A stretch of DNA of 61,041 nt, taken from assembly GCA_038245785.1 (NCBI GenBank), contig JBBRSB010000032.1, forward strand, positions 1 through 61,041. The letters are read 5' to 3'. Origin of the DNA: Gloeobacterales cyanobacterium. Its GTDB lineage: Bacteria > Cyanobacteriota > Cyanobacteriia > Gloeobacterales > PMM-0068. Below are positions 38,674 to 48,806 of the stretch, one piece after another. Made by a program: the position numbers and the translations under genes. The notes below the pieces were generated by a model. That model had not been told where the DNA came from. It saw only the letters and a list, made by a program, of their open reading frames with translations, and did no database searches. How positions within the stretch are numbered: position 1 is the first letter of the stretch; every line of letters starts with the position of its first letter.

Positions 38674-40286
38674 CTGCCAATTACTCCAACTTTTTGTGGA
38701 GAGACTTTTTTACTGAGTAATAGACCGTATTCTAAACCTTCAACTACGGCTATATACGAGGCTTCAATAATGTTGGTGGAGACGCCTACGGTCGTCCAGC
38801 GTTCTTGGCCGTTGCTAGATTCCACCAAAACTCTGGTCTTGGCTTCGGTTCCTGCACCACCATCAAGAATGCGTACTTTGTAGTCTGTAAGTTGGAACTG
38901 GCCTATCTGGGGAAAAAACTGGACTAAGGCTTTACGCAGGGCTTCATCCAGGGCAGAAACGGGACCATTGCCCTCGGCAGCGGTATGTTGCAGCACTCCG
39001 TCTACGCGCACTTTTACCGTTGCTTCAGCTCGGACTGATCCATCGGGGAAGGTCTGACTAGAGGCGTGGAATCCTTCCAGGGTGAAGAAGGGCTCCCGAT
39101 AATCCAAATGTTCTCGTACTAGGAGTTCAAAACTGGCATCCGCTCCTTCAAACTGATAGCCTGCATGCTCTAGTTCTTTAAGCTTGTACAGAATGGCCTT
39201 AACTCTTGGGTCCGTTTTTTTGAGCGTAAGGCCAAATTCTGCGGCCTTTGCCAGGATATTGCTGCCACCTGCTTGCTCGGAAACCAGAATCCGTCTGCGG
39301 TTGCCTACAGACTTGGGCTCAATGTGTTCATAGGTCAGCGGATTTTTTTGAACGGCACTGACATGGATGCCTCCTTTATGGGCAAACGCCGCCGCTCCGA
39401 CGAAGGGAGCTTGTTCTTGGGGGATAACATTCACCGTTTCGCTGATAAAGAGTGAGGTCTCAGTGAGATGGGCCAGTTTACCTTCCGGTAGACAGGAATA
39501 GCCTAGTTTCAGCTGCAGATTTGGGATGACGGAGCAGAGATTGGCATTCCCACAGCGCTCACCATAGCCATTCATCGTCCCGTGGACCATTCTCGCTCCG
39601 GCTTGGATCGCTACTAAGGCGTTGGCAACAGCGGTCTCTGAGTCGTTGTGGGTGTGAATTCCTAAGCCTGTTTCTTGGCCTAATTCTTGGACTACCTGCT
39701 GGACGATTTCCTGGACTTGATGAGGCAACATCCCGCCATTGGTATCACAGAGGACAAGCCATTCTGCGCCAGCGTCCCTTGCCTGTTTGAGCGTAGCTAG
39801 AGCGTAGGCGCGGTTGTGTAAGAATCCATCGAACCAGTGTTCGGCATCGTAAATCACCCGACGACCCTGGCTTTTTAGAAAAGTGATGGTGTCGCCAATC
39901 ATCGCTAGATTTTCTTCTAAGGTAGTACCCAGTCCCTCCGTTACATGAAGGTCCCAGGACTTGCCAAATAGAGTCACCCACTGGGTGCCAGCGGCTAAAA
40001 TCGTCCGCAGCATCGGGTCATCTTGAGCCTGAATTCCAGGTCTGCGTGTAGAACAAAAGGCAACGACCTGTGCGGTCTTTAGCGGCCGCTCTTTGATTTC
40101 CAGGAAAAACTGAACATCCTTAGGATTGGCTCCAGGCCATCCACCTTCAATGAAGGGCACGCCCAACTGGTCTAATTTATGGGCAATACGAATCTTATCT
40201 TCCACAGACAGGCTTATGCCTATGCCCTGCGTGCCATCCCGGAGGGTAGTGTCGTAGATGTAAACCTTAGAAAAATCAGCTTCCAC
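38670..40286 (-). CDS. cimA: Citramalate synthase
   Basis: DTTLRDGTQ, EGGWPGANPKD, DAEHWFDG, HTHND, GERCGN, AHKGGIH, GNGPVSALD. Confidence 0.93.
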   Translation of the reverse strand: MEADFSKVYIYDTTLRDGTQGIGISLSVEDKIRIAHKLDQLGVPFIEGGWPGANPKDVQFFLEIKERPLKTAQVVAFCSTRRPGIQAQDDPMLRTILAAGTQWVTLFGKSWDLHVTEGLGTTLEENLAMIGDTITFLKSQGRRVIYDAEHWFDGFLHNRAYALATLKQARDAGAEWLVLCDTNGGMLPHQVQEIVQQVVQELGQETGLGIHTHNDSETAVANALVAIQAGARMVHGTMNGYGERCGNANLCSVIPNLQLKLGYSCLPEGKLAHLTETSLFISETVNVIPQEQAPFVGAAAFAHKGGIHVSAVQKNPLTYEHIEPKSVGNRRRILVSEQAGGSNILAKAAEFGLTLKKTDPRVKAILYKLKELEHAGYQFEGADASFELLVREHLDYREPFFTLEGFHASSQTFPDGSVRAEATVKVRVDGVLQHTAAEGNGPVSALDEALRKALVQFFPQIGQFQLTDYKVRILDGGAGTEAKTRVLVESSNGQERWTTVGVSTNIIEASYIAVVEGLEYGLLLSKKVSPQKVGVIGS

Positions 40287-40440
40287 GGGAACGTCATAGA
40301 GGTAGAGGATAACCAGAGGTTCAGTATAACGCTGTCAATCCCCTGGCATAACGCCATTATGGCAAGTAGTGCTTACCTGTCCCAGAGCCTCGCCTGCTTC
40401 TTAATAGTTTCTGCAACTGATGTAAATATCCGATTTTTAT

Positions 40441-40632
40441 TTAGAGGTTGAGGTCACGAGGAGCAATTTCCATTTCTGCATCAAGTTCGCAGCGATTGGC
40501 TTCTATGAAGGCCAGCATTTCATCGAACTGGGGATCATCTTTATACTTACCAGCAAATGTTAGCCAAGGATGCTCAGGATCAGACAGGTCGATTTCTAAG
40601 GGTACTATTTTCACTACGATATCCAGGCAATT
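40441..40632 (-). pseudogene. C-terminal remnant of a cyanobacterial HicB-like antitoxin
   Basis: Not in the ORF track. Reads IVVKIVPLEIDLSDPEHPWLTFAGKYKDDPQFDEMLAFIEANRCELD...; an in-frame TAA just upstream removes the N-terminal domain. Confidence 0.6.
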
Positions 40633-40688
40633 TTACGTTTCCAGAATGGCGCACACCATGCCACCCAATGACCATCATCCCCTGTTTG

Positions 40689-40728
40689 CGTACGGTAGAG
40701 ACGCGAAATATCGCGTCTCTACCGTACG
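40689..40728. repeat. GTAG-type REP-like palindrome
   Basis: CGTACGGTAGAGACGCGA-AATA-TCGCGTCTCTACCGTACG, perfect 18-bp stem. Confidence 0.85.
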
Positions 40729-40880
40729 GGGAAATGTTTTGGGATACGCAGAATGGGACCCAATCACAAACCTTCATGCAAAATGTTGAAACCCACATCT
40801 TTTGATTCTCTCAACGTGGGGATATTGACTTAGGGAATGAATTAGCCCTAGGGCACCCTTTTCAGACCATACTAGAAGAG

Positions 40881-41405
40881 ATGGAGAACCTATCCCTTTA
40901 CTCTTCCCTGCTCATTACCCTGCTGATTATGGTGGGGCTGTTTTTCTTTATTCGTGCTTCGGTCAAAGACCGGACGGAACGAGAAGAATATACTTCTGCC
41001 TTGGCGGCTGATGCCCTAACGGAAAAAGTTAAAGAGTACCTGGAAAAACGGACCTATACCCTGACAGAAGAAGACGGAGAGGTTCAGGTTTATCAAGGGG
41101 TGATGCAGCCCAGTAAGTTTTTGGCCGTATTCCTTTCCTTTGCTGCTTTTCTCGGTTTAGTTTGTTTGGGACTTGTGTTCGGCGTATTTTTTCCGCAAGT
41201 CTATATTTTGTGGCTGATCTTGCCCTTGTTCTGTCCAGTGGCCGGATTTTTCTATTGGAAAAAAGCAAGAAAGACAGAAACCGTGCGCTTCAAAATTGTG
41301 GCTGATGAGCAGGGCAAGACCAAGCTAAAAGTGGAGGCTCATCGGGATGAACTGGCTACCCTGAATCAAACCCTGCAGGGTGTTTTGGTCCCGCACGAAT
41401 CTTAA
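40881..41405 (+). CDS. ccb1: Cofactor assembly of complex C subunit B (CCB1, cytochrome b6 heme ci attachment)
   Basis: GLFFFIRASVKDRTE, PSKFLAVFL, FYWKKA, AHRDEL. Confidence 0.85.
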   Translation: MENLSLYSSLLITLLIMVGLFFFIRASVKDRTEREEYTSALAADALTEKVKEYLEKRTYTLTEEDGEVQVYQGVMQPSKFLAVFLSFAAFLGLVCLGLVFGVFFPQVYILWLILPLFCPVAGFFYWKKARKTETVRFKIVADEQGKTKLKVEAHRDELATLNQTLQGVLVPHES

Positions 41406-41881
41406 GCTGTCCACAAGGGAGAGCGTACAAGCGCTTCTGCATCTAAAACGGTGAGGACTCCCTCTAAATGAGGCAAATAGCCTTTTAGATATGGGGCCAG
41501 TTCTGAAGTAGGTGCTTCCTCTCCCAACGGAGACTGGATGCGCTCATTGGCTAAACGGATCACCCCGCGCACTTGCTGCACAGCCAAACTTAAAGGAACT
41601 CCCTCTGCCTGGATCTGAAGGATGGTGTATTGCTGGGCATTGGTATCGATCGGGCTAAATCCTAACATCATGGACAAGTCCACCACCCAAGATACTCGGC
41701 TGCGTCGATTGATCAGACCGAGGATGCAAGCAGGCATCAGGGGCATAGGGGTCACTTGTTGAGACCTCACGGTAAGCACTTCCTGGGCATAGGCCATCGA
41801 AAGAGCAACAGCGGTGTTTGTTCCTAACTGGAACTCAAGATAGGCCTCGCCTACAGATTTAGCAGAAGTTGCGGTCTGCAT
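41402..41881 (-). CDS. cheW: CheW adaptor
   Basis: AQEVL, TPMPLMP.CILGLINRRSRV.WVVDL. Confidence 0.88.
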   Translation of the reverse strand: MQTATSAKSVGEAYLEFQLGTNTAVALSMAYAQEVLTVRSQQVTPMPLMPACILGLINRRSRVSWVVDLSMMLGFSPIDTNAQQYTILQIQAEGVPLSLAVQQVRGVIRLANERIQSPLGEEAPTSELAPYLKGYLPHLEGVLTVLDAEALVRSPLWTA

Positions 41882-41885
41882 AACC

Positions 41886-42248
41886 TTAGCCCACCACCGA
41901 TTTGACAGCCCGCACCAATTGTTCTTGGGTAAAGGGTTTGGTCACGTAGACATCGGCTCCTTGCTTCATGCCCCAAAGACGGTCAATTTCTTGATTTTTG
42001 GAAGAGCAGACCACAATCGGAAGCTTCTGGGTCGCAGGATTTCCCTTGAGACTACGGCATAATTCGAAGCCACTCATGCCAGGCATAACCACATCTGTTA
42101 CAATCGCGTCTGGCTTTTGCTCAATTGCTTTGTTGAGTGCGTCTTTTGCATCTGTTGCATTGATTACTGAATAGCCATTTTCGCGTAGGTAATGACTGAT
42201 CAATTCCAGCTCGGAGAGGGTATCGTCAACGACTAAAATAGTGCTCAT
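41886..42248 (-). CDS. CheY-like response regulator (PixH/PilH-like)
   Basis: ILVVDD, TDVVMPGMSGFE, WGMKQGAD.Y.TKPF; ATG 42248 with GGAG SD. Confidence 0.93.
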   Translation of the reverse strand: MSTILVVDDTLSELELISHYLRENGYSVINATDAKDALNKAIEQKPDAIVTDVVMPGMSGFELCRSLKGNPATQKLPIVVCSSKNQEIDRLWGMKQGADVYVTKPFTQEQLVRAVKSVVG

Positions 42249-42322
42249 GGAGTGGACTCCTAAATAATCAATTTTCTGCACACGGTGCTCAGATCTACTA
42301 TGCCCATAAATAGATGGGGCTA

Positions 42323-43498
42323 TCACAACTCTAAGTGGCGATTAACTGTCTTCAGTAGACCTTCTTTTGTAAATGGTTTAGTCAGGTAGTCTGATGAGCC
42401 TACTAAAGTAGCTCTAGCACGGTCAAAGAATCCTGTATTGCCTGTCACCATTACAATCGGTGTTTTTTTAAACAAGGGATTCTTGCGGAGCAAACGGCAT
42501 AGCTCATAGCCGTCGATCATGGGCATTCCTACATCGAGTAGAATCAGATCTGGTTTGATGCGTGTGATTTGCATCAAGGCTTTTACCGGATCATTGATAG
42601 CAGTAACGCTATACTTCGGGTCTCCAAGACAGCGACTAATTTCATTGGTAATTGTTGGGCTGTCGTCGATACAAGCAATGGTATAAGTCGTCTCTGGTAT
42701 CAGCTCAGTAACGGATTCGGCTTTTGATAAAATTGGAAGCCTGGGTAGTAGATTAAATGGAGCCTGGGGTTCTCCGAGATGGATAACTTGTCCTCGGATA
42801 TAGGGAATTAGACTCCGAGCTAAATCCAGTTCATCTCGATTGATGATAGCGGATAGCCGTCGTAAGCTATGCCCTTTCAGCAGTGCTCGAAACTTTTCAG
42901 GCAGTTCTGGTAATTGCTCTTGTTGATGCTTCCCTTGATTAAAAAAGTAAAGACGCTGGTAAGGAGACCAGAGTACAAGACCTAAATTTTGCCAACCATC
43001 TAGTCTTTCTTTGGCGTATTCAATCAATGTAGATAAGTCGAATTTGCAAATGTTCAATGTTCTTTCAGAGGGAGGGCTGAATTCACATTGTGCCTGTTCT
43101 AACCAGGATAAAGATTCAAAAACTTCTCTAGTGATTTCCTCCATGATTTCTGTCAACTGAATGAAGGTTATCTTTTTTTGGCGTACCAACCAGAGGAGTA
43201 GTTCACTGTCTATAGGCTTTATCGACTGAGATTTTTTATGATCGAGCTGTGTGCGAATGTCCTCAGCTAAGGAAATTCCTTTGCGCCACAAGTAACCATA
43301 TAATCTATCTAATGGTTCGATACTGTTGGTAATATAGTTAATTTTACCGAGCTCTAAATCAATAAACCAGGCTACAGAATTATGTGTTACTACCAATTGT
43401 CCACTAGCTTGCTGAGTACAGAGGTCGCTTAACAAAACCATCGGTTTGCTTTCCGATGATTGGTTATAAATAGAAGTGTTGGTCTTGTTGGTTTCCAT
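42323..43498 (-). CDS. PatA-type response regulator
   Basis: PATAN-like N-terminus with SPYQR; C-terminal REC domain IACIDDS, DVGMPMIDGYE, LTKPF. Confidence 0.88.
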   Translation of the reverse strand: METNKTNTSIYNQSSESKPMVLLSDLCTQQASGQLVVTHNSVAWFIDLELGKINYITNSIEPLDRLYGYLWRKGISLAEDIRTQLDHKKSQSIKPIDSELLLWLVRQKKITFIQLTEIMEEITREVFESLSWLEQAQCEFSPPSERTLNICKFDLSTLIEYAKERLDGWQNLGLVLWSPYQRLYFFNQGKHQQEQLPELPEKFRALLKGHSLRRLSAIINRDELDLARSLIPYIRGQVIHLGEPQAPFNLLPRLPILSKAESVTELIPETTYTIACIDDSPTITNEISRCLGDPKYSVTAINDPVKALMQITRIKPDLILLDVGMPMIDGYELCRLLRKNPLFKKTPIVMVTGNTGFFDRARATLVGSSDYLTKPFTKEGLLKTVNRHLEL

Positions 43499-43532
43499 CG
43501 GAGTCACTGTGCCTAGAAGTTGCAAGTGTGTA

Positions 43533-44027
43533 TTACTGGATTGCTATTTGAATAAGATAGTTGTAGTCTAATAAAAAGATAAGAGGCTCATCTTCTACTT
43601 GAATAGTAAACCGACTGATAGTTTCCATATTTATTGGAATAGAATGAATCAAAGCTATCGGTACAAATGCAACCTCAGAGATGCGGCGCAATACAGGCGC
43701 TGCTGAGATAAGTATGGCCGTTAATGTTTTTTGAGGAGTTTCAAGAAGGATAAGATATCCTTTCTTCGTATCGAGTTCTTGTTGCTTCTTCTCTCCCGTC
43801 AAATAGGTTGTTAGGTCTAAAAGATAAACCTCTTTATTCTCATAGGTGGTTGGTAGATACAGACTTTCCTGGTCTTTATAAATAGTCTGGATCGGGACTA
43901 CTTTTTGTGCAATCTCTGTGGAGATGGCAAGCCATTCTGGACCTGCCTTGAAAGTAATCATCTGTCTGGTTGCAGGAGGTTTACGATCCGCCAGTCGGCG
44001 AGCAGTAAAGCTAGAAATAAGAGCCAT
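43533..44027 (-). CDS. Divergent CheW-like protein
   Basis: MALISSFTARR N-terminus, WLAI....QKVVP, LIFLLD; directly downstream of cheA. Confidence 0.7.
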   Translation of the reverse strand: MALISSFTARRLADRKPPATRQMITFKAGPEWLAISTEIAQKVVPIQTIYKDQESLYLPTTYENKEVYLLDLTTYLTGEKKQQELDTKKGYLILLETPQKTLTAILISAAPVLRRISEVAFVPIALIHSIPINMETISRFTIQVEDEPLIFLLDYNYLIQIAIQ

Positions 44028-44040
44028 AAAGAAGTTGCTC

Positions 44041-47000
44041 CTATGAGGTGGGGGTAAGTTGGGTGGACTGAATGAGCTGTTTTAGGGCTTGTAGAAGTTC
44101 TTGCTCTTTGAATGGTTTAGAGAAATACTCCGAGGCCCCTAGCCGTAGGGCTAGCTGACGGTGCTTGTCGCCACTTCTTGAGGTCAGCATGGTGATAGGC
44201 AAGCTCTTGAGCGACGGATTGGCCTTAACCTGAGCCAAAAAGCCGAAACCATCCAGACGAGGCATTTCGATGTCGCATATCACCGCATCGACCACGAGGC
44301 CACTGGTCAATTGTTCGATGGCATCTTGGCCATCCTTGGCTTGGGCTACGCGATAACCTGCTTTCTCTAAGGTTAGTGCCAGGAAGCGTCGAACGTTGAT
44401 CGAATCGTCGACAACTAGAATCGTTTCCCGTTCGCTCTGGGGCTGGCTTACTACCGATTGAACTTCTGTCTTGGGTGCTTGCTCTTGGTTTGCAATCCAG
44501 GTAAATAATCCTGGGATGCTGACTAAAGGAACGACCTGACCTGTTCCTAAGATAGTGCAGCCACTAAAGCCAGGAGGCATCGCCATCGGGCCTTCTGCTT
44601 GACGGATCGCTACTTCTCGTTCTCCCCAACACCGTTCTATCGGAACCCCGACCAAGTTGTTGCCCTGGCTCAAAATCAGCATGGTCGGGTTGACCATGGT
44701 GGGCATGTCGTCTGTTTCTATCTTTCTGGTCGGGCAGTGGAAGTTTAACCACTTTTTGAGAGAAAGTTTCGGTACAGCATAGTTTTCCCACTGGAAGATA
44801 TCTGAGCTGTTGTCATCATCTTCCTCAAGCAGTGCCATTTGCTCGATGGCGTCTACCGGGAAGGCCAGCATTACATTCTGACTTTCGACGAGGAGTACCC
44901 GGCCAACGGATAAGGTAACAGGCACGCTGAGCGTAAAAGTGGTGCCGACGCCTGGCTCGGTGTTGACGGTGATTTTTCCGCGAACTTGCTGGAGATTAGT
45001 GCGGACTACATCCATCCCAACGCCCCGACCGGAGAGCTCTGTTACTTTCTCTGCAGTACTAAATCCAGGCTCAAAGATCAGGTCTAGCAGGTCTTGTGGG
45101 CCAGCTTGCGCGATTTTATCCTGGTCGAATCCCATCCGTTGAGCTTTGGCTCGGATCTTTTCTAAGCTGATTCCACCGCCGTCATCACTGACGGTGATGA
45201 TCGTTTCGTTCCCTCGATAGTAGGCTTGAATCTCAATCGTTCCTTGAGCTGGCTTGCCCCTTGCGATACGGGTATCTGGATCTTCGAGTCCGTGGTCAAA
45301 AGCATTACGCAACAGGTGCATCAAGGGGTCGCCCAGAATCCCGAGTACGGTCCGGTCGATCAGGGTGGAGCCTCCCTGAATCTTGAGGGCGGTAGGCTTC
45401 CCGAATTGCTGTGCTAAATCCCGAATAGCCCGTGGGAAGCGTCCTACTACATCCGATAGCGGGCGCATCCGCGAGTACATAACGTTGCTTTGTAACTGCT
45501 TGGCGGTACGGTTTAGATCGGCGGCTGTATCGTCTGCGTTACGAACAGTCAGATCGATGTCACTGGTGACCTCTTGAATCTGAACGATACTTTCCATCAC
45601 TTCCTGCCAAACCAGATGCAGTTCGCTGTATCGGTCCATCTCCAAAACGTCAAAGTTCTCTTCCGTGGTCGCGGCTTGGGGCTCAAAGATGTTGCTGTTC
45701 GCTTGGTTGGCTTTCTGGTCATAGGCTGAGCGCAGGCGGAGATTGAATTGTTCTAAGTTCCGGATGCGGCTGTTTAAGCCTGTTACCAAGTTGTGTAAGC
45801 GTCCCAGGTATAGGGCTAAACCGTTGCGTTCAATGGTCAGGTCTCCGCAGAGGTCATCAAGTTGGTCTAGACGTTTGGCCGGAATACGAACGGTATTGCC
45901 TTCGGAAGAGCTGCTGGAAGCATTCTCAAGTCTCTTGGGCAAGATTGATTTTTCTAGAACGCCCGGATTAGGAGTGGCGACTTCATCTTTTGGAGTTGGA
46001 GTCTCGTCTTGAACGGACTGCATCTCTTGGAATGTTTCTAGGAGCACTTCAGCGAAGGGTTCCTCTGCTGCCTCAGGCAGGAGGGTGCCAGCGACGGCGG
46101 AGCCAGCAACGAAAGCTGCTATTTCAGACCAAGGAACAGACTCTTCTTGCGGGGCTTGCTCTGACTCCAGCACGATCTCTGTGACAAATTCCTCATCTGT
46201 GACAGCTTCTAGATTCTCGTACTCTTGATCGGATTCCAGGCTGATTTCAGAGGTCTCAGGGAGAGGAAGTAGAGCGGGCTGTTCTACTTCAAGCTCGAAG
46301 ATTTCTTCCTCAGCAATTACGCTTGTTTCTGCTGTGAGTGACTGGGGCAATTCGGGTTGAGAGACCTTGATGAAAGCTGCTATCTCAAACCACTGGTTAG
46401 ATTCCTCTTCTGCTGGTTGTCCAGCATCAAGAATTGTCTCAGCAAATAGGTTTTCAACAATGTCAGGCTCGACTGGAAGATCAAGCGCATAAGATTCTAA
46501 GTTGGTTTCCGTGACTTCAGGGAGGAATAGTAAAATCGGCTCAGGAACTTGTTCTTCAACGATTTCGTGCTCTGCTGCGATATCAAGGGCTTGAGGCTCT
46601 AGGCTAATTTCAGAAACTTCCGCAAGTTTAATAACGGGTGCTTCTTCTATTCCGAAGACTTCTTGCTGCTCTGGTACAAGAATCGTCTCAGCAACTATTT
46701 CTTCCGGTAATTCTTGCTCTACTGGATCGCGCTCAACCTGCTGTAATTCTAACGGTGCAGCCGCTTCAACTTCAACGAGAGGCTGGACTAATTCAGGCAC
46801 CGTGCCTGCGATCACAGAACCTGTCATGAAGGCTGCTATTTCAGCCCATTGAAGCGGTTCGTCGTCTAATCCTGTTTGCGCTGGTGCTACAGTCGGTGCA
46901 GCCACAATCTCTTCTAAGCTTGTGTGCTCCACGGCGATATCGAGTGCGTGGGTCTCTGGGATAGCTGCGGTTATTTCGGGGAGCAGTGTAGCCTGCTCAG

Positions 47001-48804
47001 CCTCAAGAGCTTTTTCAGCGACGAGATCCTGAACGACTTCAGGTTCTGCTGCGATAGCAAGATCTGCACTGACCTCTAATACCTCAGGGAGGACTGCGGG
47101 TGCGGCAACCTCAAGGTTAAAGACTTCTAGGAAGTGGGGTTCTATTTCTAAAAGGGTTTCTTCTTCTGCGAGGGCAATAGGCTCTGATGGAGCGGCTTCT
47201 ACGCCTATATCAAAGATGGCCGCGAGCATGTCCAGGCCCGTCTCTTTAGAGAATTCAGAGATGAACTCAGTCGTCTCAGGGATAGCTAGAGGTATGGGTG
47301 CCTGTTCTTCCGCAAGTACGAGCGGTTCGACTATAGGATCGAAAAGGCTTGCTAAATCCAGTTCTTGCGGGGCGGCAATGGAGTTCGTGCCCATTGTCTG
47401 AGCATCAATCTCAGCCTGTACTGCGGGTGCAGGGATGGTTTCTATTTCTAGTATTGGCAGCAATTCAGCTGGTTCAACAGGCTCAGTAAGCTCAAAAAGT
47501 TCGATAAGCCCTTCGACGTCGCTCAGGCTAAACTCAGGAGCCGCGAGCGTGGGCGCTGTCTCTGCTATCTCTGCTGGTTTCTGCACTACCGAAGGAGCTT
47601 CTTTCAGGGGCGCTGCTTCTAATGCTGCAAATAGAGAGTCTAAGTCAGCCCACTCATCTTCTGGCATCGCTTCGGCCAGAGGCTGAACGGGAGGTGCTGC
47701 CTCTATTGTCTGGAAAAGGTCTAAATCTAATCCCATCAGTAGAGCTTCTAGTTCCGTGTTTGCTTCTAGCTGGATTGTCTGAGGCTCTACTTTTTTGACT
47801 TCTTCTAAGACTTCGCCTGGGGTGACTCCTTCGGCTTTCAATTCTGAGAGTAGGGATTCCAGCTCAGGCCAATTCTCCAGCGCTAGCTCAGGTTGTGCTT
47901 CTTTCTGGGCCTCTGGTGCTGAGAAAAGCGACTCTATCGGATCGAACTCAAAGCCTGCCAGCAAAAGTTCTAACTCGGACTGTTGGGAGGCTGGAATGTC
48001 TACTTCTTGTATAGATGCAGCAGTCTCTGCTGCCGCTGAGACAGAGGGATGATAATCCAGCTCAAAGGACATCAAATCGGGCTGACCGATAAGGACTAAG
48101 GCTTGAGCTTGACGCCATGTTTCTAAAGCCAGGGTCGCAATCTGTGGAATCTGTCTGGGATAAGTTTCTACGCATTGAGCAATGGATAGGCAAAGACTGC
48201 TGAACTTGCTTAATTGCAGCATGTCCCCAAGCCCACCAAGCTCCTGTGCCAGGACGGTGAGCTCTGATTCTAAGCAAGGTTGATCGGGTTTAGCTAAGAC
48301 TGCTTCTAACCGCAGTAGACTCTGTTCTACTTCTGATTCGAAAAATAATTTTACAAGGTCGTGCCCACTTTCTTGAGAGGCCAGGGTAGTCTCATCTTCC
48401 GGCTGCAACTCTCCGAGAATATCTTGGAGCTGGTCCAATATCGGGGAGGCTGGTTGGGCCATCTGATCTTCATCAGGGTCTTGGCCTCGCTGACTCAGTT
48501 CAATGATCTGACGAAGGGAGTCGAGTGCGCTTAACAACAAATTCTCTAGTTCTTCGGTCACTTCTGGACGGCGTGCTTTCAAAATTTTGAATGCGTCTTC
48601 TAGGCGGTGAGAAGTGTGGCTCAACAGGTGAAACTGCATCAAGGCAGCCCCACCTTTGATCGAGTGCGCTGCTCTCAGCGCACCATCGATTTTCTGTGGG
48701 TCCACTCCTGTAGCAGAGAGGCCCAAGACCACCGCTTCGAGGGTATCTAGATATTCTTGAGCTTCCTCCAGAAACTGGAGGCGAACTTCTAACTCCTTAT
48801 CCAT
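44041..48804 (-). CDS. cheA: Hybrid CheA (Hpt, pseudo-Hpt, acidic linker, HATPase, CheW, REC)
   Basis: RAAHSIKGGA, HLLRNAFDHG, DDGGGI, IFEPGFST, SGRGVGMDVV, VVDDS, CDIEMPRLDG. Confidence 0.95.
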   Translation of the reverse strand: MDKELEVRLQFLEEAQEYLDTLEAVVLGLSATGVDPQKIDGALRAAHSIKGGAALMQFHLLSHTSHRLEDAFKILKARRPEVTEELENLLLSALDSLRQIIELSQRGQDPDEDQMAQPASPILDQLQDILGELQPEDETTLASQESGHDLVKLFFESEVEQSLLRLEAVLAKPDQPCLESELTVLAQELGGLGDMLQLSKFSSLCLSIAQCVETYPRQIPQIATLALETWRQAQALVLIGQPDLMSFELDYHPSVSAAAETAASIQEVDIPASQQSELELLLAGFEFDPIESLFSAPEAQKEAQPELALENWPELESLLSELKAEGVTPGEVLEEVKKVEPQTIQLEANTELEALLMGLDLDLFQTIEAAPPVQPLAEAMPEDEWADLDSLFAALEAAPLKEAPSVVQKPAEIAETAPTLAAPEFSLSDVEGLIELFELTEPVEPAELLPILEIETIPAPAVQAEIDAQTMGTNSIAAPQELDLASLFDPIVEPLVLAEEQAPIPLAIPETTEFISEFSKETGLDMLAAIFDIGVEAAPSEPIALAEEETLLEIEPHFLEVFNLEVAAPAVLPEVLEVSADLAIAAEPEVVQDLVAEKALEAEQATLLPEITAAIPETHALDIAVEHTSLEEIVAAPTVAPAQTGLDDEPLQWAEIAAFMTGSVIAGTVPELVQPLVEVEAAAPLELQQVERDPVEQELPEEIVAETILVPEQQEVFGIEEAPVIKLAEVSEISLEPQALDIAAEHEIVEEQVPEPILLFLPEVTETNLESYALDLPVEPDIVENLFAETILDAGQPAEEESNQWFEIAAFIKVSQPELPQSLTAETSVIAEEEIFELEVEQPALLPLPETSEISLESDQEYENLEAVTDEEFVTEIVLESEQAPQEESVPWSEIAAFVAGSAVAGTLLPEAAEEPFAEVLLETFQEMQSVQDETPTPKDEVATPNPGVLEKSILPKRLENASSSSSEGNTVRIPAKRLDQLDDLCGDLTIERNGLALYLGRLHNLVTGLNSRIRNLEQFNLRLRSAYDQKANQANSNIFEPQAATTEENFDVLEMDRYSELHLVWQEVMESIVQIQEVTSDIDLTVRNADDTAADLNRTAKQLQSNVMYSRMRPLSDVVGRFPRAIRDLAQQFGKPTALKIQGGSTLIDRTVLGILGDPLMHLLRNAFDHGLEDPDTRIARGKPAQGTIEIQAYYRGNETIITVSDDGGGISLEKIRAKAQRMGFDQDKIAQAGPQDLLDLIFEPGFSTAEKVTELSGRGVGMDVVRTNLQQVRGKITVNTEPGVGTTFTLSVPVTLSVGRVLLVESQNVMLAFPVDAIEQMALLEEDDDNSSDIFQWENYAVPKLSLKKWLNFHCPTRKIETDDMPTMVNPTMLILSQGNNLVGVPIERCWGEREVAIRQAEGPMAMPPGFSGCTILGTGQVVPLVSIPGLFTWIANQEQAPKTEVQSVVSQPQSERETILVVDDSINVRRFLALTLEKAGYRVAQAKDGQDAIEQLTSGLVVDAVICDIEMPRLDGFGFLAQVKANPSLKSLPITMLTSRSGDKHRQLALRLGASEYFSKPFKEQELLQALKQLIQSTQLTPTS

Positions 48805-48806
48805 CG

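Noticed and set aside
40448..40805. Three overlapping short ORFs as a RAYT transposase remnant
   Set aside because: They only translate the REP (VETRNIASL); no HUH motif or catalytic Tyr segment is recognisable.
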